Positions 1 through 13,054 of a stretch of DNA of 64,000 nucleotides are shown here, piece after piece. This stretch comes from Phoronis australis (lineage: Eukaryota > Animalia > Phoronida): contig NMRA01000384.1 of assembly GCA_002633005.1 (NCBI GenBank), forward strand, positions 15,992 to 79,991, written 5' to 3'. The position numbers were made by a program, and so were the translations under genes. How positions within the stretch are numbered: the first letter of the stretch is position 1; every line of letters starts with the position of its first letter. The notes under the pieces were generated by a model. It ran no database searches. It worked only from the letters and a program-made list of their open reading frames with translations, and was not told the DNA's origin.

Positions 1-2718
1 ATAGAAACCAAATAAATCGATAACTTACTTCAGAAATGGGACTTCTTTGAGTCAATCGAGGTGTCGATGTGCTTTCGAAACCAGCCATCACTGTTTTGCT
101 TTCGGCGACCTTTCACCTCTCTGAGGTCATCAGCCATTTCCAAATAAGGCACCGCAATGCATTTTGGGACTGTAATGTCGGACTTGACGAGCACGAAGGC
201 GTGTCTTTTTGGTCAACTTTCAAACGTAAAGAAAAATACTCCAAACTCATCTAAAACTCACTATATTTACGAAACCTTCAAAAAAACTTGTACGCCACGA
301 TATGATACAGGTTTCATGCAAGATGAGGAACATTTACTTTCTTATTTTATACTATTTTTCACGTTCCAAGCCACTTTAAATTTGTCGGATAATAGCACTT
401 GTGCTAACGTTTCATTGTTAAAGCTCATCGACTTTTAAATAAAGATTATTCCTACTACATTACTACTACTACGTGAGTAAGGGGGGTTTAAGATTTCCCG
501 CAAAGGTTGAGTCGAATCCGACTGAGGCGCGTGGCGCCAAGCCGGGGGGAGGGGGTAAACATTTTTTTGTTTTTGTAGCCAAACAGTCAAATTTTCATGA
601 ATCCTGGTACGTTTCTGGCAATTAACTTGTCCATGGAGTTAAAAACCCTTCTCGATTTCGTCACATGAACTTGGCTCATAAGTTTCGTGAAACCGGCATA
701 TTTGTGCACATCTGGGTATGAGTCACGCCACCTGCAAAATTTTTTGTTGGAACATCTGCTTACGCACACCTTTTTAGCATACGAAAAAGTGTGGTGTGTA
801 CACAGGGGTTTAGACAACTACTAAATATTCAAGAGCATAAGCCGCACCGACGGCCGAGCGTAAAAACTTGAATATCAGATGATCGCAACAGCCTCAAGCT
901 GTTTAAGAACGAAGACATGTACTGTTAGTCCGGAAATAAACATGTGTTCTGTCTCGTTACGAGAAAAACTGGCGAACGATGGTGCTCTCAGCTCAAAGTC
1001 TATTATTAAAAGCGACAATAAACAATTAAGTATCACTTTAAGCTGAATAACGTTGACAACAATTGAGGCCTAGCGTCTACTGAATGCACGCCAGATGTAC
1101 ACTGAGAGTACACAAAAATTCTGGCCTAGCTGGTCCGACACGAGACCAAAAGTACACCTGTGCTTATTATCCCTATAAAAATAGTCGATCTGTCGCGGGA
1201 CCAAACAGTATTGGCTGAGATAAATAGTTTTACAAAGCACATAGTTCGCCGAGGGACCAGAAGTACGACACGGAAACTCGATATCTACTGACACAAATCA
1301 AGCTGGCCTGGTCCGTCGCGAGACCTAAAGCGTACTTTGCAAAAAAATTGAATTGAAAACTTCTTTCTAGACGCTTTTTAATCCCCAGTGGTTGCTCATA
1401 CGAGTAGTTTACACATCTGGTGGTCAACTGCTGCGAGAGGTTGTCTAGGAAGGGTTTTCGCACCGTTCTGTAGTACTCACTGGAAGAAGCGAAACAAGTA
1501 TTGAGTACAGATTAACTACGCACTACGTGAAATAGATTTTGGATATGAAGCAGATAGAATCAAGTGGAAATACAAACCAGAATCAGTTTCTGTGCGCTCG
1601 TAGACCCTCTGCTGTACTGGGTAAATTCGGCATGTCTAAAATAATTTCTATTTCGTTTTCATTGTACACAAGCATAAAAATCCGACATTATTACAAACTG
1701 TGTAAAATTATAACTTATTACCTGAGCGTTACTCCAGGAACGTTGGCCCTATCTTTCTGTTGTCTAGACTGCCGAGGAATCTGTACATCGGATCCAATTG
1801 TTTGCTCCTCTTGGAACCATTCAACCCAGACAGACGTTAGTTCCCAACACTTGCCCTTCGTCAACTGTTGTGTCAATGAGCTTGTACGCCTCTACAATGT
1901 CAGCATCTCGTTTCGCAGCTCAGTTGGCACTAAGTCCCTTGAGATTACCAAGACCATTCAAATACAGCATGCGCAACTAAATTTGATCCGTTCATCATGG
2001 ACTACTTCAAACCTTGACGATGTATCCCAGGACCCATTTGCATCTTATGCAATTTTCGAAATAAACGTACCAATGTCTGAACGCTTGAAACCCGAAGTGC
2101 TAACATCAAATAAATGCCCATGGGAATGGGCGTTTCGTTGGGTGGGCCTTTTTGCGGAACTTCTCAGTATAGAAAACGGCAGTGGTGCTTATTTCAGGAA
2201 GAAAGACGGTAGTGTTGAGGTCGGCACTAGGGCTCCTTAGGAGGCCTATTGAATATCGCACGAGTCCCGCAAGACTTCGTTGTGAAAATACAGCCTCCCC
2301 GTAATTTCTGGTATTGTACACTCTTCGCGAATGCGGTCACTTTGTCAATGTGAGTGCCCCCTTGGTCATTCCTTGTATAGACATAAAACTTGTTAGAGTG
2401 CATCTTCAAACAGACTCGCGACCAGACCACGGCGCCCGCCACAATAGCAATTCTTCGGAAAACGAGTTTGTTTTCAAAAGTATTACATGTACATCTGTAC
2501 GCTGTATGATATTGCGCAAGACCACTTTACTATACACCAGTCAAATTCGAGTTACAAACGTGTGGGGTGTAATAGGATGACACGGCATGACAAATGAGGT
2601 AAAAACTTGCCTGAATATCTGGGTTGCGGCACCACAGTATTTCCCCTAATCAAATCAAAACATATCTTAGAGTAAAGAAACTAGTTACCTAAAGAAATCA
2701 GCTATAGAGCTGCTCTAT

Positions 2719-3092
2719 CAGTGGTGGATCATCTAAAATTCTTGGCTACTTCAGAAGCGCGCGCACAATTGATCTCCGGGGTTTTGCCGATAAGCCATGA
2801 AGACTGACTCGAAATGCGTTGATTTTCATAACAGCAATTCACAATGCAAAAAATATATTTCCAGAGTGAACCCCAACCCCCCCCCCCCCTGATTTTTTCC
2901 AAGTTTTTTTACTTGAGGTTTACACACGCTGGTGCCGTTTTTGTTTTGCTGGAGACGTTTTTTTTCAATTTTTGGCTCCTGACCCGAGGNCTGGTGCCGT
3001 TTTTGTTTTGCTGGAGACGTTTTTTTTTCAATTTTTGGCTCCTGACCCGAGGGGAGTTTAAAACCCCTGAACCCCCGGTAGATCCGCCACTG
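2719..3092. mobile_element. MITE with TIRs CAGTGGTGGATC / GATCCGCCACTG
   Basis: 12-bp TIR with 1 mismatch; no TSD seen; spans the N join at 2990. Confidence 0.55.
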
Positions 3093-6000
3093 TACAAACT
3101 AATTATACAGTACAGATAAAATTCCGAACTTCGAACATAAATACAACATGACGGCGACATCCCGTTGCTCCCATCTTGTTCGATTCTATAGCCCAACAAC
3201 AAGGTGGGAAGTTTACCCCCGTAGCCAATATCTTATACGACTGCTTAAATCCATTCTGGCATTTATGGTTGGAGGGCCTGCGCTCTTTTGTTCGATAATT
3301 GCTCTAATCTCCGATCAGATCGTATCTAGCCTGACTGGGCTGGGCTGATAAAAATGAAAGTTAAGTTATTAACATATTTGAGCTTAAACCAATAGCATTT
3401 TTGAATTCCTCGTCAAACGCTGATCATGTTCCGTCGGACGTCTAAATTTCACCGTAAATTGTTGGCGAAAACAATTTACACAAAGTTTTAAACTCGTAAC
3501 TTAGTATACCGCTGTCCTCCAATATGGCCGACGCGATCCAAACAAAGTGACCCAAATTTCGCCACAAAAATTGCAGTGCTTGCCCCGACTTTGATACTTT
3601 TTCGATTTTTACTGAGTAGAATGCACCACCTTTCCGATGATAGCAAAGCACTTTTTCAAAACGAGAAAAAATCAAAACTGAAAAAATTGGTTCGACCCAT
3701 ATTGGTTCCTAGGTTCGACCGCCCAACTTAAGGAACTAAACACCAATGCTATTTTAACATAATAAGTACGCGTAACATTCCAAAAAAAATCAACGACCAC
3801 TAACTACAAACTATAAATACACTACACACACAAACGGATCACGAGATATTACTAATAAAACAAAATAATGAACGAGACTTTTCGAGCAAGCGATCGCACA
3901 TTCAGTTACAAGGAAAAAATGGCGGCGTTCAGGACAAATTCCTGAACTGATGAGCCGGAAATGTGGGTACGGAAATAACAGATGACAGCCGGTAACTATA
4001 CGCTCGCAGAGAAGGGCCAAATACTGTTAAAAATCGCTTTTGGCAAGATAGGCGAAAAGGATATAAAGAAAGGGTGTCGAAAATAAGATTTTATGTAGTA
4101 AGTATTTTTGGATGCTGGAACCGATGGGCAGTTTGAGACCAGGACTTTAAAAGACTGATATGAAAGAATATGGGCAACGCGACACGGTGCTATTCGCCAT
4201 TTCCGGCAGATGTATGTTTACCGTGAAAACCTGTGAACTCATTGCCCACAGACACACAGCACAATATATGTGGAGTATGGAGAATTCGCAGACAAATGAG
4301 GTATTAATTGCGGACAGTACGCCGCTTCACTGTTATCGGCAATCACCACTTTTGATTTTATTGTCGCTTTATAGTATCACTACAGTGGCCAAACTTTGTT
4401 TGATTTTTAAAAATGTTCAAGACAAAATATCAAAAAAAAACGCTTGAAGTATGGGTCCGATTTTTCGTGTGGCGAGGGTAGAATATGAATGAAGTCCGGG
4501 TTTGGTCAGTTTCCTTTAGAATCGCAACTCACCAAGTGGATATGGGCACGAAGAGTGAGTATTGTTATAGACACTACGCTTTGAACGTGATTTCGGGAGA
4601 ACAGCTCGGTAACAGGCAATAATTTTACTCAGTAGAGATCGAGTCAATTGGATCTAGGCTGTAGGTAAGGAGAAATGAGAAATTTTGTTTCGACATATTT
4701 GTAATTTACTTTTAATTGTAGCAGTTTCAAGTTACCAGGGTACTTAAAGGAGCAATCGTTGACGCCAAAGTGGCGTCAGAGCAGGAATCGGGTAATTGGG
4801 ATGTTTAATACATTGACAGACACAACAGTTTTCCCACAGAAGATTAGTATGTCATAATTTCCACCCAGCAGTCTCTAAACCAGAGTTCTTGAGCACAACC
4901 AACCCGTGTTGCCTACAATTGATATATTCAGGTATCACGTTCTGTCTAAAGAAAATCGGAAAGTGAACATTTTTCTTCTCACGTTTGCGTCGATACTTGA
5001 TTTGACATTTTTGTGAGCCCTGTTAGTAATTGTAAAAATTTTAATGCCGAGTAAGTTAGTACACCTATGGGTCTTTTACTACTACAGGTGAAACATTGAA
5101 TTGTGAGCAAGAGAAGAGAGCTAAGTACTGACTATCACGCCTTCTGTTGACTAAAAATTTAATTAATACTATGCCAATAAATGATCGATTTGTTATCTAC
5201 ATTTGACATGATAAATTGGAGTGTTTTTATGGTCAGTTATGAACGCTCAATAGGTGAAATGGTGATATGGATATGTCAGACAGCATTATGGTCCATAAAT
5301 GTTGATTCTCATTATTTATTTCTCCTATCGTAAATGTAATAAAGTTACCGTGGGCACAAACATTTGTTTAAAAATCGTAGAATACGCACCATTGGAGCAT
5401 TTTCAGAATAAAAAAATGAAAAATCCCATTCAAGATATTTTTTAGATTTGTTCACACATCTAAGATCTATCCACAAACATATATTTCAATGTCCACAGCC
5501 CCGCTTGTAGAAGCACTTGAGTGACCCCCACATTCAACACTGTGGTTCCGGATTTATCTCCCCTGCGACGTGATGAATGTTGCGAAATTTATTTGGTAGT
5601 CTTTAGGCCTTACTTCCTAATATCATGTACTTTCTCTCATTGCATGCAATCTGCCTGTTTCTGTTGGAAAATTACTATTTTTGATATGCAAAAACGGGCC
5701 TTTGAAGGCCTATAGGTAAAAACTAAACGGTCAATAAGTGCAAAATTGGTAATTTTTGTACCAGAGCCACACCACGATCACATACACAAAGTTAAATTGA
5801 ATCTGAAAGATGACCCCACGAGTGTTTTTTATTTCATTGATTTTCTCGTGGAATGGTTCTCAACTCTTATCTAAGAACATCATCAGGCAAAAGGGAAAAG
5901 GTGAGCAAATTAACTACATAAAATAAAGAGCAACACGACAATCCAATATACAGAGAACAATTAAGTCAGGGACCAACTTACACGTATGTTATTATCTATG

Positions 6001-6718
6001 ACGCTGTTCGAGCAATTAACAAACAATTACACATTAGGCTATCATTGTGCGTATCTCAAAATATGTAATATAGCGTTGACGCGGTGTGCAAGCAATTAAA
6101 AATCAATTACGAAATGGACTGTCAGTGCGTATGTCAAAATATCTTATAACCATGTGACGTCTACCATGCATATTGCTTGACGAAATTGCAAATCTTGGCG
6201 ATGGTAAATTACACGGGGGTTCGTACTAGAGCAGATGGAGATGAACAGAAAAATTACGATATCCACTCGTCTAGAGAATGGACTTGAAAAGGGGGACGCG
6301 TTTGTAAGGAGCTTCCATGAAAAGGTCACCCTCCTGGCTTTCGAAGGGTTTATTCCATTAACACCACACTTTTGTAAGGGTTAATTGCTTTGCTCTGGCT
6401 CTTTCGCAGAGACTCTTGGATTGCGACCCAGAAACAGTAAACGAAGAAATCAGAACGCATCGTTTGCAACAAAAGATGTTAATTGTAAACTGTTCACTGT
6501 TAATGATTTTAAATGTAAACAATAAGATCGGATTACACAGCAATAGAACTAGGTCTCCCTTCACCCTGGAGGTAAGAAAGTACGTTGTTTTCATTGGTCT
6601 TCTTTTGAAATCACATACAAGTGCTAATTTTGTGGTGAGGTCTGCTAATTTGGCATATTTTTGCTCGTTCAAGTAACTGGTTGCACTTCCGGTAGTCTTA
6701 AACGACGCCGGAAAACTT

Positions 6719-6899
6719 GGACCCGTTCCAAGAAAGCGACTTAAGTTCATCTTTGAGTGAAGTCTAAGCCTTGTCCCAACCTCCACACTCGACTTTGAAA
6801 CTCCCATATCCGGTAAGTTACGTCATCAAGTTTAAGACAGAATTTAAGTAAAAAACTTAAGTAGGCCTAAAACTTAAGATTATTTCTTGGAACGGACTG
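6719..6899. mobile_element. Small inverted-repeat element (MITE)
   Basis: Perfect 13-bp inverted repeat CCGTTCCAAGAAA (6723-6735) / TTTCTTGGAACGG (6883-6895), with internal CTTAAG repeats; a similar end occurs at about 6967-6979. Confidence 0.5.
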
Positions 6900-7019
6900 A
6901 AGACGAATTGAAATTTTGTCTTAAAACTGACTCAGTCGCTAAAGATTTGTCTCAGCTGAGACAAGTTTTCTTGAAACGGAACCCTTGACTTAACTGAGAA
7001 TCAGTTTCAATAGACTTTG

Positions 7020-7211
7020 CAGTGGCGCACTAAGGGGAGGGGCAAGGGGCCATGCCCCCCCCCCCTAAAATTCTCCTAAATTCCATTTGGTAGTACGGGG
7101 GTAGGAATGTCTGAAGGGCAAAATCATGGCTAATACTCTGCCCTGGTTCCTCTACCTCAAAATCCTGGCTCCTAGTATGAGTCTAAAAATTCCTTGACCC
7201 GACGCCACTTG
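7020..7211. mobile_element. MITE with CAGTGGCG...CGCCACT ends and G/C tracts
   Basis: Short TIR and GGGGCCATGCCCCCC internal motif; TSD unclear. Confidence 0.45.
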
Positions 7212-9456
7212 ATTTATTCTAACAAAAAGATTTGAGGCATAGGTTCGTGTGAAACTTGACACTTGAACACAAAGTAGAAAAAAAATTATAGAAACCCATG
7301 GAAATCGATGAGCAATATGCGTGCGTGTAAAGTCGTGTCATTCATTGTATGCAACAATTGACCAATGGAACTGTACATGTACATGTTTGTGTAGTATGTG
7401 CGTATTCGGCACTGAGGGAATAAGCCAGTTTGAATAAAAGTTGACAGCGAAATTTTGCAAAACGATAGAGCTATAAAAACTGATATGTTAACATAAGTAT
7501 TTCAATGAAAAAAGAAGAATGCGCGACACCAAGAACACCATCAGTGTACTGGTTGGTAAGGCACGCACATATACATCGGTTACCCGCGTGTGCCTGTGCA
7601 CACTGCTTGGGCGGCCGAAGCCGGTGGTCGACGTATGCATTTGCACAGATCCAATTTCCAGAAAGGTGATTGGAATTGTCTACTTCACGTTATAGCCTAC
7701 CAAGAAATAATAATTACATGTAGTATTATCAGGAAGAGATAACCACTCCCTGGTATTAGGCTACTTGTCCGGGTACCTTATTCATCTTCGCGTGGCGAAC
7801 TGCTAATTTGTACAGGTTAAAACGACATGGTCTCACACTTCAAAATGTTGTGTTATAGACTCTGCTGTAAAACAAATTGACACGCCGCGGAACTAGAGTT
7901 TTAAGAAGGCGTTCGCATTATTAATTTTTACCATTATTAATTTTACACCACTCAATGTACCCCTTTTATGCGACCATGATGTGGGGAATCGCCGTTTTTT
8001 CTGTCAGTAACAAGCACACTTCGATATTATAGGCTATCCAGAACGAGAAGGACAAGAAAAATGTTCACACAGAAACAACACACTGAGATTCTGTAACCAT
8101 TTCAAACAACAAAGTGTTGATTTATTTCAAAATATATTATTTCTAAGTATCACCATCACGTAGTAAAATCACACCGTGACAGTTAAAGGAAAATGTCTAG
8201 CAGGTACACAGTTACTGTACCGTACTAGTACCATACATGCACTCCACTTCTGCAAAAGTCAGATTTCAACCAACTCTAAATTAATCCCTCAATTCAGTTG
8301 AATCCGACATTTACTGGCACACAATTATGCTACTAGTACACTTATTTTGACAACACCCCGAGCCCCCCAATTTGTCGAATTGGGCAAAAAAAGGTCCGCA
8401 TCAGCGAAACAAAAAGTCAGAGTAAACGAGACAAAAGTCCACAAGGAATTCGGCGCGGATGCACAATTCGTAGTCCTGAACCTAGTGGCCCTGTTTTTTG
8501 TTTTTTTAGTCCTCGTTGATATTTTTCAGTAAAAGGTCAACGAAAATCACGTGACTTCAACTCTAGTTATATTTATCTCATTGGTTCTTTTGCTCTTTGA
8601 CCTAATTTCCTAGTTGCATCAACATTAAATTCACCAAACTGGAAGTTAAACCCCAGTCTGGAAGGCCACTGAACAAAAATAAGTGTAACGTACGTCATAC
8701 CGCTGTCCAGTGATAACCATCCGACATGGAGCTGGAGACAATGAGGATTATCTGGCATCAGCCTCCCGTTCAGTAACGCTAGGACCTCGCTAAAAAGCAA
8801 GTTTTCACGAGATTACGTGAGATATTGCCGTGTACTTTAAATGAGAACACGTGACTTTGACTAGAATTTAGCTACGTCCTAGCCTAGGTCCTAGCGTCTA
8901 CTGAACGCACGCCAGGTATAGATTATTCAACTTGATTCTATCGTAAGTGCTATTCGAGATGGCATGCAGGGAATACAGATGTAAAATTGCTTGACAGGTG
9001 TCTTGAGGCCTTGCGGTAGGGCTGAAAAGAGGGGCACCACCTGATGGTGACTGAAGAGCGGTGGCCCCGCCTGAAGACGGTCGATTAGTGACGTTCCCTA
9101 TACTAATATACATGTATTAGCCACTACCTGAAGGCAGCTGAAGATTGGTTCCCTAAAATAAAATAGGATCCCCGTCCAATTGCGGACAAATAACGAGGCC
9201 CTCTTTATTACTACTTTTGAAAATCGAAATTAAATTTGTTGCCTGTGTCATTCCGATAACAATATGTCATTTAAAAATGGGCTGTTTAGTGTGTTCAAGT
9301 GCTTCGCTTGAATGCCGGTATTTGGCGAAGACTTGCGTAATCTCGTTTTTTTTCCGCAGAACGCAACCCTGGTTAACTTTATTGTCTATCCAGTTTTGAT
9401 AATTTCCGCGAGGAGTCAGTGTGTTTCATGAGTGAACATGACGTCGATATTTATAC

Positions 9457-12267
9457 ATGACACTCTTACGTACTCAGATCGTTTTCCCTGCAATGGCTGT
9501 GACGAGAGGACGTACGCTCCTGTTGGTTGCGCTCAGTACAAGTTGGTGGACTGTCTACTCCTTAAACTGCTTGCAGCGGAGAGAAAAGGTGTTGACCAGA
9601 GAGAAAACGTTGAACTTAGCGAACGCTGCAACTGTGGACTTGTGGAACTGTGGCATACGCCAGATTCGGAGTGACGCTTTCACCCATTTGTCACAAGTGA
9701 AGCAACTCCGTCTTGCAAAGAACCTATTAAATATTCTCGCTGATAGACCTTTTTCTGCATTGATTGAATTGAAATCGCTGGATTTGAGTAATAACAGAAT
9801 AAGCGTACTGACACCCAAAACTTTGTTTGGTTTGAGCAAGTTAGAAATCTTGGATCTCACGAGTAATCGCTTATCATGTCTGTCAAAAGACATATTTGCA
9901 GAAACGCCTTTGATAAGAGTTCTACATTTAACGTCCAACGCTGTTACTTCGCTGGACCGCAATTCTATTGGTGATAGCTTGTTAAGTCTTGAAGACTTGC
10001 GGATTGGAAATAATGAAATTTCTTGGATAGGAAATGGGACGTTTAGATGGTTGAAGAGGTTGACGCGTCTTAACCTCGAGGACAATCACTTAATCGTTGT
10101 GCACGAGAATACTTTTAAGGGACTGGAAAGATTGAGGACTTTAGTATTGAAAAATAACTCCATCAGTGAGGTTCGTGGCCTGGTGCTCCCTGCGTTGCTA
10201 TACTTGGATTTGAGGCAAAACCATTTACAAGTAGTTGAAGACGCTTATGTTTCTTCCAATCAAACAGCCAACGTTGACCTGTCATTCAACAGGATTTCGG
10301 AGCTTGAAAGCGGAGCATTTAGGTCTCATCTGTCTGCTAAAAGTCTTGTTTTGTCTGAAAATTGCATCACAAAGGTGAGGAAATCTATGTTCATTGGTCT
10401 GAAGTCACTATATTTACTTGGCCTGACAGGCAACAGAATAGCGACAATTGAAAAGAGATCGTTTTCTGATATGAGAGACCTGACATATCTACTTCTAACA
10501 AATAATCGAATTACTAACTTAAAACGCGGAATATTTGTGGGTCTAACAGAGCTACATACCCTGGATTTAAGCTTCAACAGGATAATTTCATTAGAAGGTC
10601 GAACTTTTGAAGACTTGAGGAATCTCAGATATCTGTTCTTGAGTGGAAATAAATTGTCCACGATAAGGTCTAAAGAGTTCGTTGGTCCAAAGAGACTTAA
10701 ACTCTTAGCAGTGGACGGCAATGAAGTCGGTGAGATGGACATTTTTACCCCCATTAACTGTGAGGCTGTCCGTTTGGAAGTAACTAATGTGAACTTAACA
10801 ATTAACGTGTCACATTTCACGAATATCAAATTTTTGAGATTGAAAGGAGATTTTGAACAATTTAAAATTTCACAAACGTTCGTTGGGAGGTTTCAGGATA
10901 TCGAAACACTTGAATTAACTTTGTGTAACATATCTGACTTGAGTGACCAACCCTTCAAGTCGTTTCGTAGGCTTAGAACCCTTGTTCTCGCTGGAAATAA
11001 GTTGAAAGACATCTTTGGCTATATGCTTGAAGGACTCGAATCTCTGAGAAGGTTAAATCTGTCGCACAACAACATTGCGTCACTTAGAGACAATGTCTTT
11101 GGGCAACTGACGTCACTTCAAGATCTCTCCCTTGCAGGAAACAGGATAGTGCATATTAGTCATAAGGCGTTTCCCAGCAACTTCATGGTACTTAGAATAG
11201 AGAATAACAACCTTGGAAAGTGGACGACAGCCAAAATGATTGCGTTAAGGTACTTGGACTTAAGCGGTAATAACCTAGGTTCCGTTACAAAAAATACCCT
11301 GTCAGGATTGCCGAATATTCGTGTATTGAATATGGCATATTGCCAAATTGACCACATAGACGATTATGCCTTTGAGAAAGTGCCTTTTCTGTTGTCTCTT
11401 TATCTTTCTGGAAACAGAATTCGAACAGTAAGTCAGCATATGTTTGATTCTCTTGTGGCGATAAAATGGCTCGAAATGGACAGTTGCGGCATAAAAAATA
11501 TTGAGGAAGGGGTCATGGAAAAATTGAACAGTTTGCAACACCTCTCTGTTCGTAATAACAGTATATACGTTTTACCACTGGATATACTGCGAAGGGTAGT
11601 TAGCCGTAAAAAGCAACTTCGGACACTTTTTGTGTCCAGCAATCCACTCCACTGCAACTGCTTATTGTCTCCTTTAAAGACGTGGGCCTACTATTATTAC
11701 AGAAATGACAGACGCTTATATGACATCCCTACATGCAATTCCCCCTTTAAAACTTACCCTATCCTTGAGTCGTTCTTATCCCGCAATTTTGTCTGTCGTA
11801 AGCCCAGTCAACCCGTTCTGGAAGTTACACATAACATCACGGAAGTGCTAATCCAGTGCACGTCATACGGAGATCCAGCTCCAAGGTTAGTAATCAAAGA
11901 CCCTGGAGGAAACGATATGAATTGTTCGTCTCAACCGAGTATCAGTGACGGCAAAACGGTGGGAGTTTCAAGTAGTCCTCTGGACGAATTCGACGATGGT
12001 AACTACAGTTGCACAGCCTCGAATTTCATGTCACGGTTAACAAGTGCTAAAGTCATTGAAGCTGGAAAGGAAAATGAAGTTGAAATAAGTCACGGAGGCT
12101 TGCGTTTAGACGTATATCTGATAGTGGGGGTCGCGAGTGGTGTAGTAGTTGTAGCTGCAGGTGTCGTTTTGTCGATCTTCTTCGTACGTCGATACAAGAG
12201 CCGGTCCATCGAGTCCAGTGTTGATGCTGCTCCAAATCAGAGTGATCTTGGAGACACTCGACTTTAG
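9457..12267 (+). CDS. Single-exon LRR + LRRCT + Ig + transmembrane receptor (LIG-type), 936 aa (924 aa from ATG 9493)
   Basis: Hydrophobic leader MAVTRGRTLLLVALSTSWWTVYS; more than 20 LxxLxLxxNxL repeats; LRRCT NPLHCNCLLSPLKTW...TCNSP...FVC; Ig motifs IQCTSYGDPAP and DDGNYSCTASN; TM VYLIVGVASGVVVVAAGVVLSIFFV followed by RRYK; short tail ending DTRL. ATG 9493 has the better context (GCAATGG). AATAAA at 12363-12368. Confidence 0.93.
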   Translation: MTLLRTQIVFPAMAVTRGRTLLLVALSTSWWTVYSLNCLQRREKVLTREKTLNLANAATVDLWNCGIRQIRSDAFTHLSQVKQLRLAKNLLNILADRPFSALIELKSLDLSNNRISVLTPKTLFGLSKLEILDLTSNRLSCLSKDIFAETPLIRVLHLTSNAVTSLDRNSIGDSLLSLEDLRIGNNEISWIGNGTFRWLKRLTRLNLEDNHLIVVHENTFKGLERLRTLVLKNNSISEVRGLVLPALLYLDLRQNHLQVVEDAYVSSNQTANVDLSFNRISELESGAFRSHLSAKSLVLSENCITKVRKSMFIGLKSLYLLGLTGNRIATIEKRSFSDMRDLTYLLLTNNRITNLKRGIFVGLTELHTLDLSFNRIISLEGRTFEDLRNLRYLFLSGNKLSTIRSKEFVGPKRLKLLAVDGNEVGEMDIFTPINCEAVRLEVTNVNLTINVSHFTNIKFLRLKGDFEQFKISQTFVGRFQDIETLELTLCNISDLSDQPFKSFRRLRTLVLAGNKLKDIFGYMLEGLESLRRLNLSHNNIASLRDNVFGQLTSLQDLSLAGNRIVHISHKAFPSNFMVLRIENNNLGKWTTAKMIALRYLDLSGNNLGSVTKNTLSGLPNIRVLNMAYCQIDHIDDYAFEKVPFLLSLYLSGNRIRTVSQHMFDSLVAIKWLEMDSCGIKNIEEGVMEKLNSLQHLSVRNNSIYVLPLDILRRVVSRKKQLRTLFVSSNPLHCNCLLSPLKTWAYYYYRNDRRLYDIPTCNSPFKTYPILESFLSRNFVCRKPSQPVLEVTHNITEVLIQCTSYGDPAPRLVIKDPGGNDMNCSSQPSISDGKTVGVSSSPLDEFDDGNYSCTASNFMSRLTSAKVIEAGKENEVEISHGGLRLDVYLIVGVASGVVVVAAGVVLSIFFVRRYKSRSIESSVDAAPNQSDLGDTRL

Positions 12268-12362
12268 GACACTTGACACCGATATGTAGGAATCCATGCT
12301 TTTCATTCACTCTAGCAAGTTCTTTGTGATTAATGTAAAATGAATATGGTGTTTAGTGTACT

Positions 12363-12368
12363 AATAAA
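12363..12368 (+). promoter_or_regulatory. Candidate polyadenylation signal of the LRR-Ig gene
   Basis: AATAAA about 95 nt after the stop codon. Confidence 0.5.
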
Positions 12369-12548
12369 GATCACAGCGCGGCAAAACTTTGCGCCATTGT
12401 TCAGACCAGCAGCCAACCAGTGAAATCCATCAGAGCTGTCGTTAACATTGTTTTCTTTCTGAAATCGAGTTATTGGAGCATTACTGCACCAAGTGGGAAA
12501 GGAGTAGCCCGCAGGACTGTCACGCTCCACTTTTCAAGATGTATACTC

Positions 12549-12849
12549 TTGAGGCACATGTCTGGGGCGGATCCAAGATTTTGACTTGGGGGGCAGGGTA
12601 GAGTATTTGCCAGGATTTTGCCAGACAGACGTTCGCACCCCCGAACTACAAAATAAAATCTGGGAGAATTTTAGGGGGGCCTCCTTGATTCCCGTCTAAA
12701 TCCGCCAGTGCATGTACGCCTTCCAGTAAAAACCGCCAGAGACACCGTCACTAAATTGAAAACCTTTTTGCAGAACACGGATTTAGCCAAAAATCCAAAT
12801 CAACAATAACCTGAAGAAAACTAAAAAATCGCGTTGCATGCGCCTTTAA
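12549..12849. mobile_element. Older TTAA-type MITE hosting the 12562-12710 insertion
   Basis: The reconstituted left end AGGCACATGTACGC is an imperfect inverted repeat of the right end GCGTTGCATGCGCCT, which is followed by TTAA. Confidence 0.45.
12562..12710. mobile_element. MITE with C(A/T)G(G/T)GGCGGAT-type TIRs and 5-bp TSD (CATGT)
   Basis: CTGGGGCGGAT...ATCCGCCAGTG flanked by CATGT on both sides. Confidence 0.65.
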
Positions 12850-13054
12850 GTTAGTACAAGATCACGCAGCATTTCAACTTAAAAGCGGCTTCTTTCTCGG
12901 ATTGCTTGAATTAAATTATGTCAAATGTGCCAGCTCGAATTTATAGATACGCCCCTATGTACTTTACACTGCTTTTTAACATGAATAGTTGCTTGGCATG
13001 TACCCCGTACAGTTTCAACTCCCGACAAAGAAGTTTCCAGAATCAGGTAACAAG

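Noticed and set aside
2929-3051. 61-bp direct duplication around the N at 2990
   Set aside because: Typical unmerged contig overlap.
1069-8915. Shared 26-bp motif CCTAGCGTCTACTGAA.GCACGCCAG at 1069 and 8890
   Set aside because: Too short to define an element; probably fragments of a dispersed repeat, not paired termini.
9555-12310. Several minus-strand ORFs overlapping the LRR gene
   Set aside because: Antisense shadows with no coherent domain.
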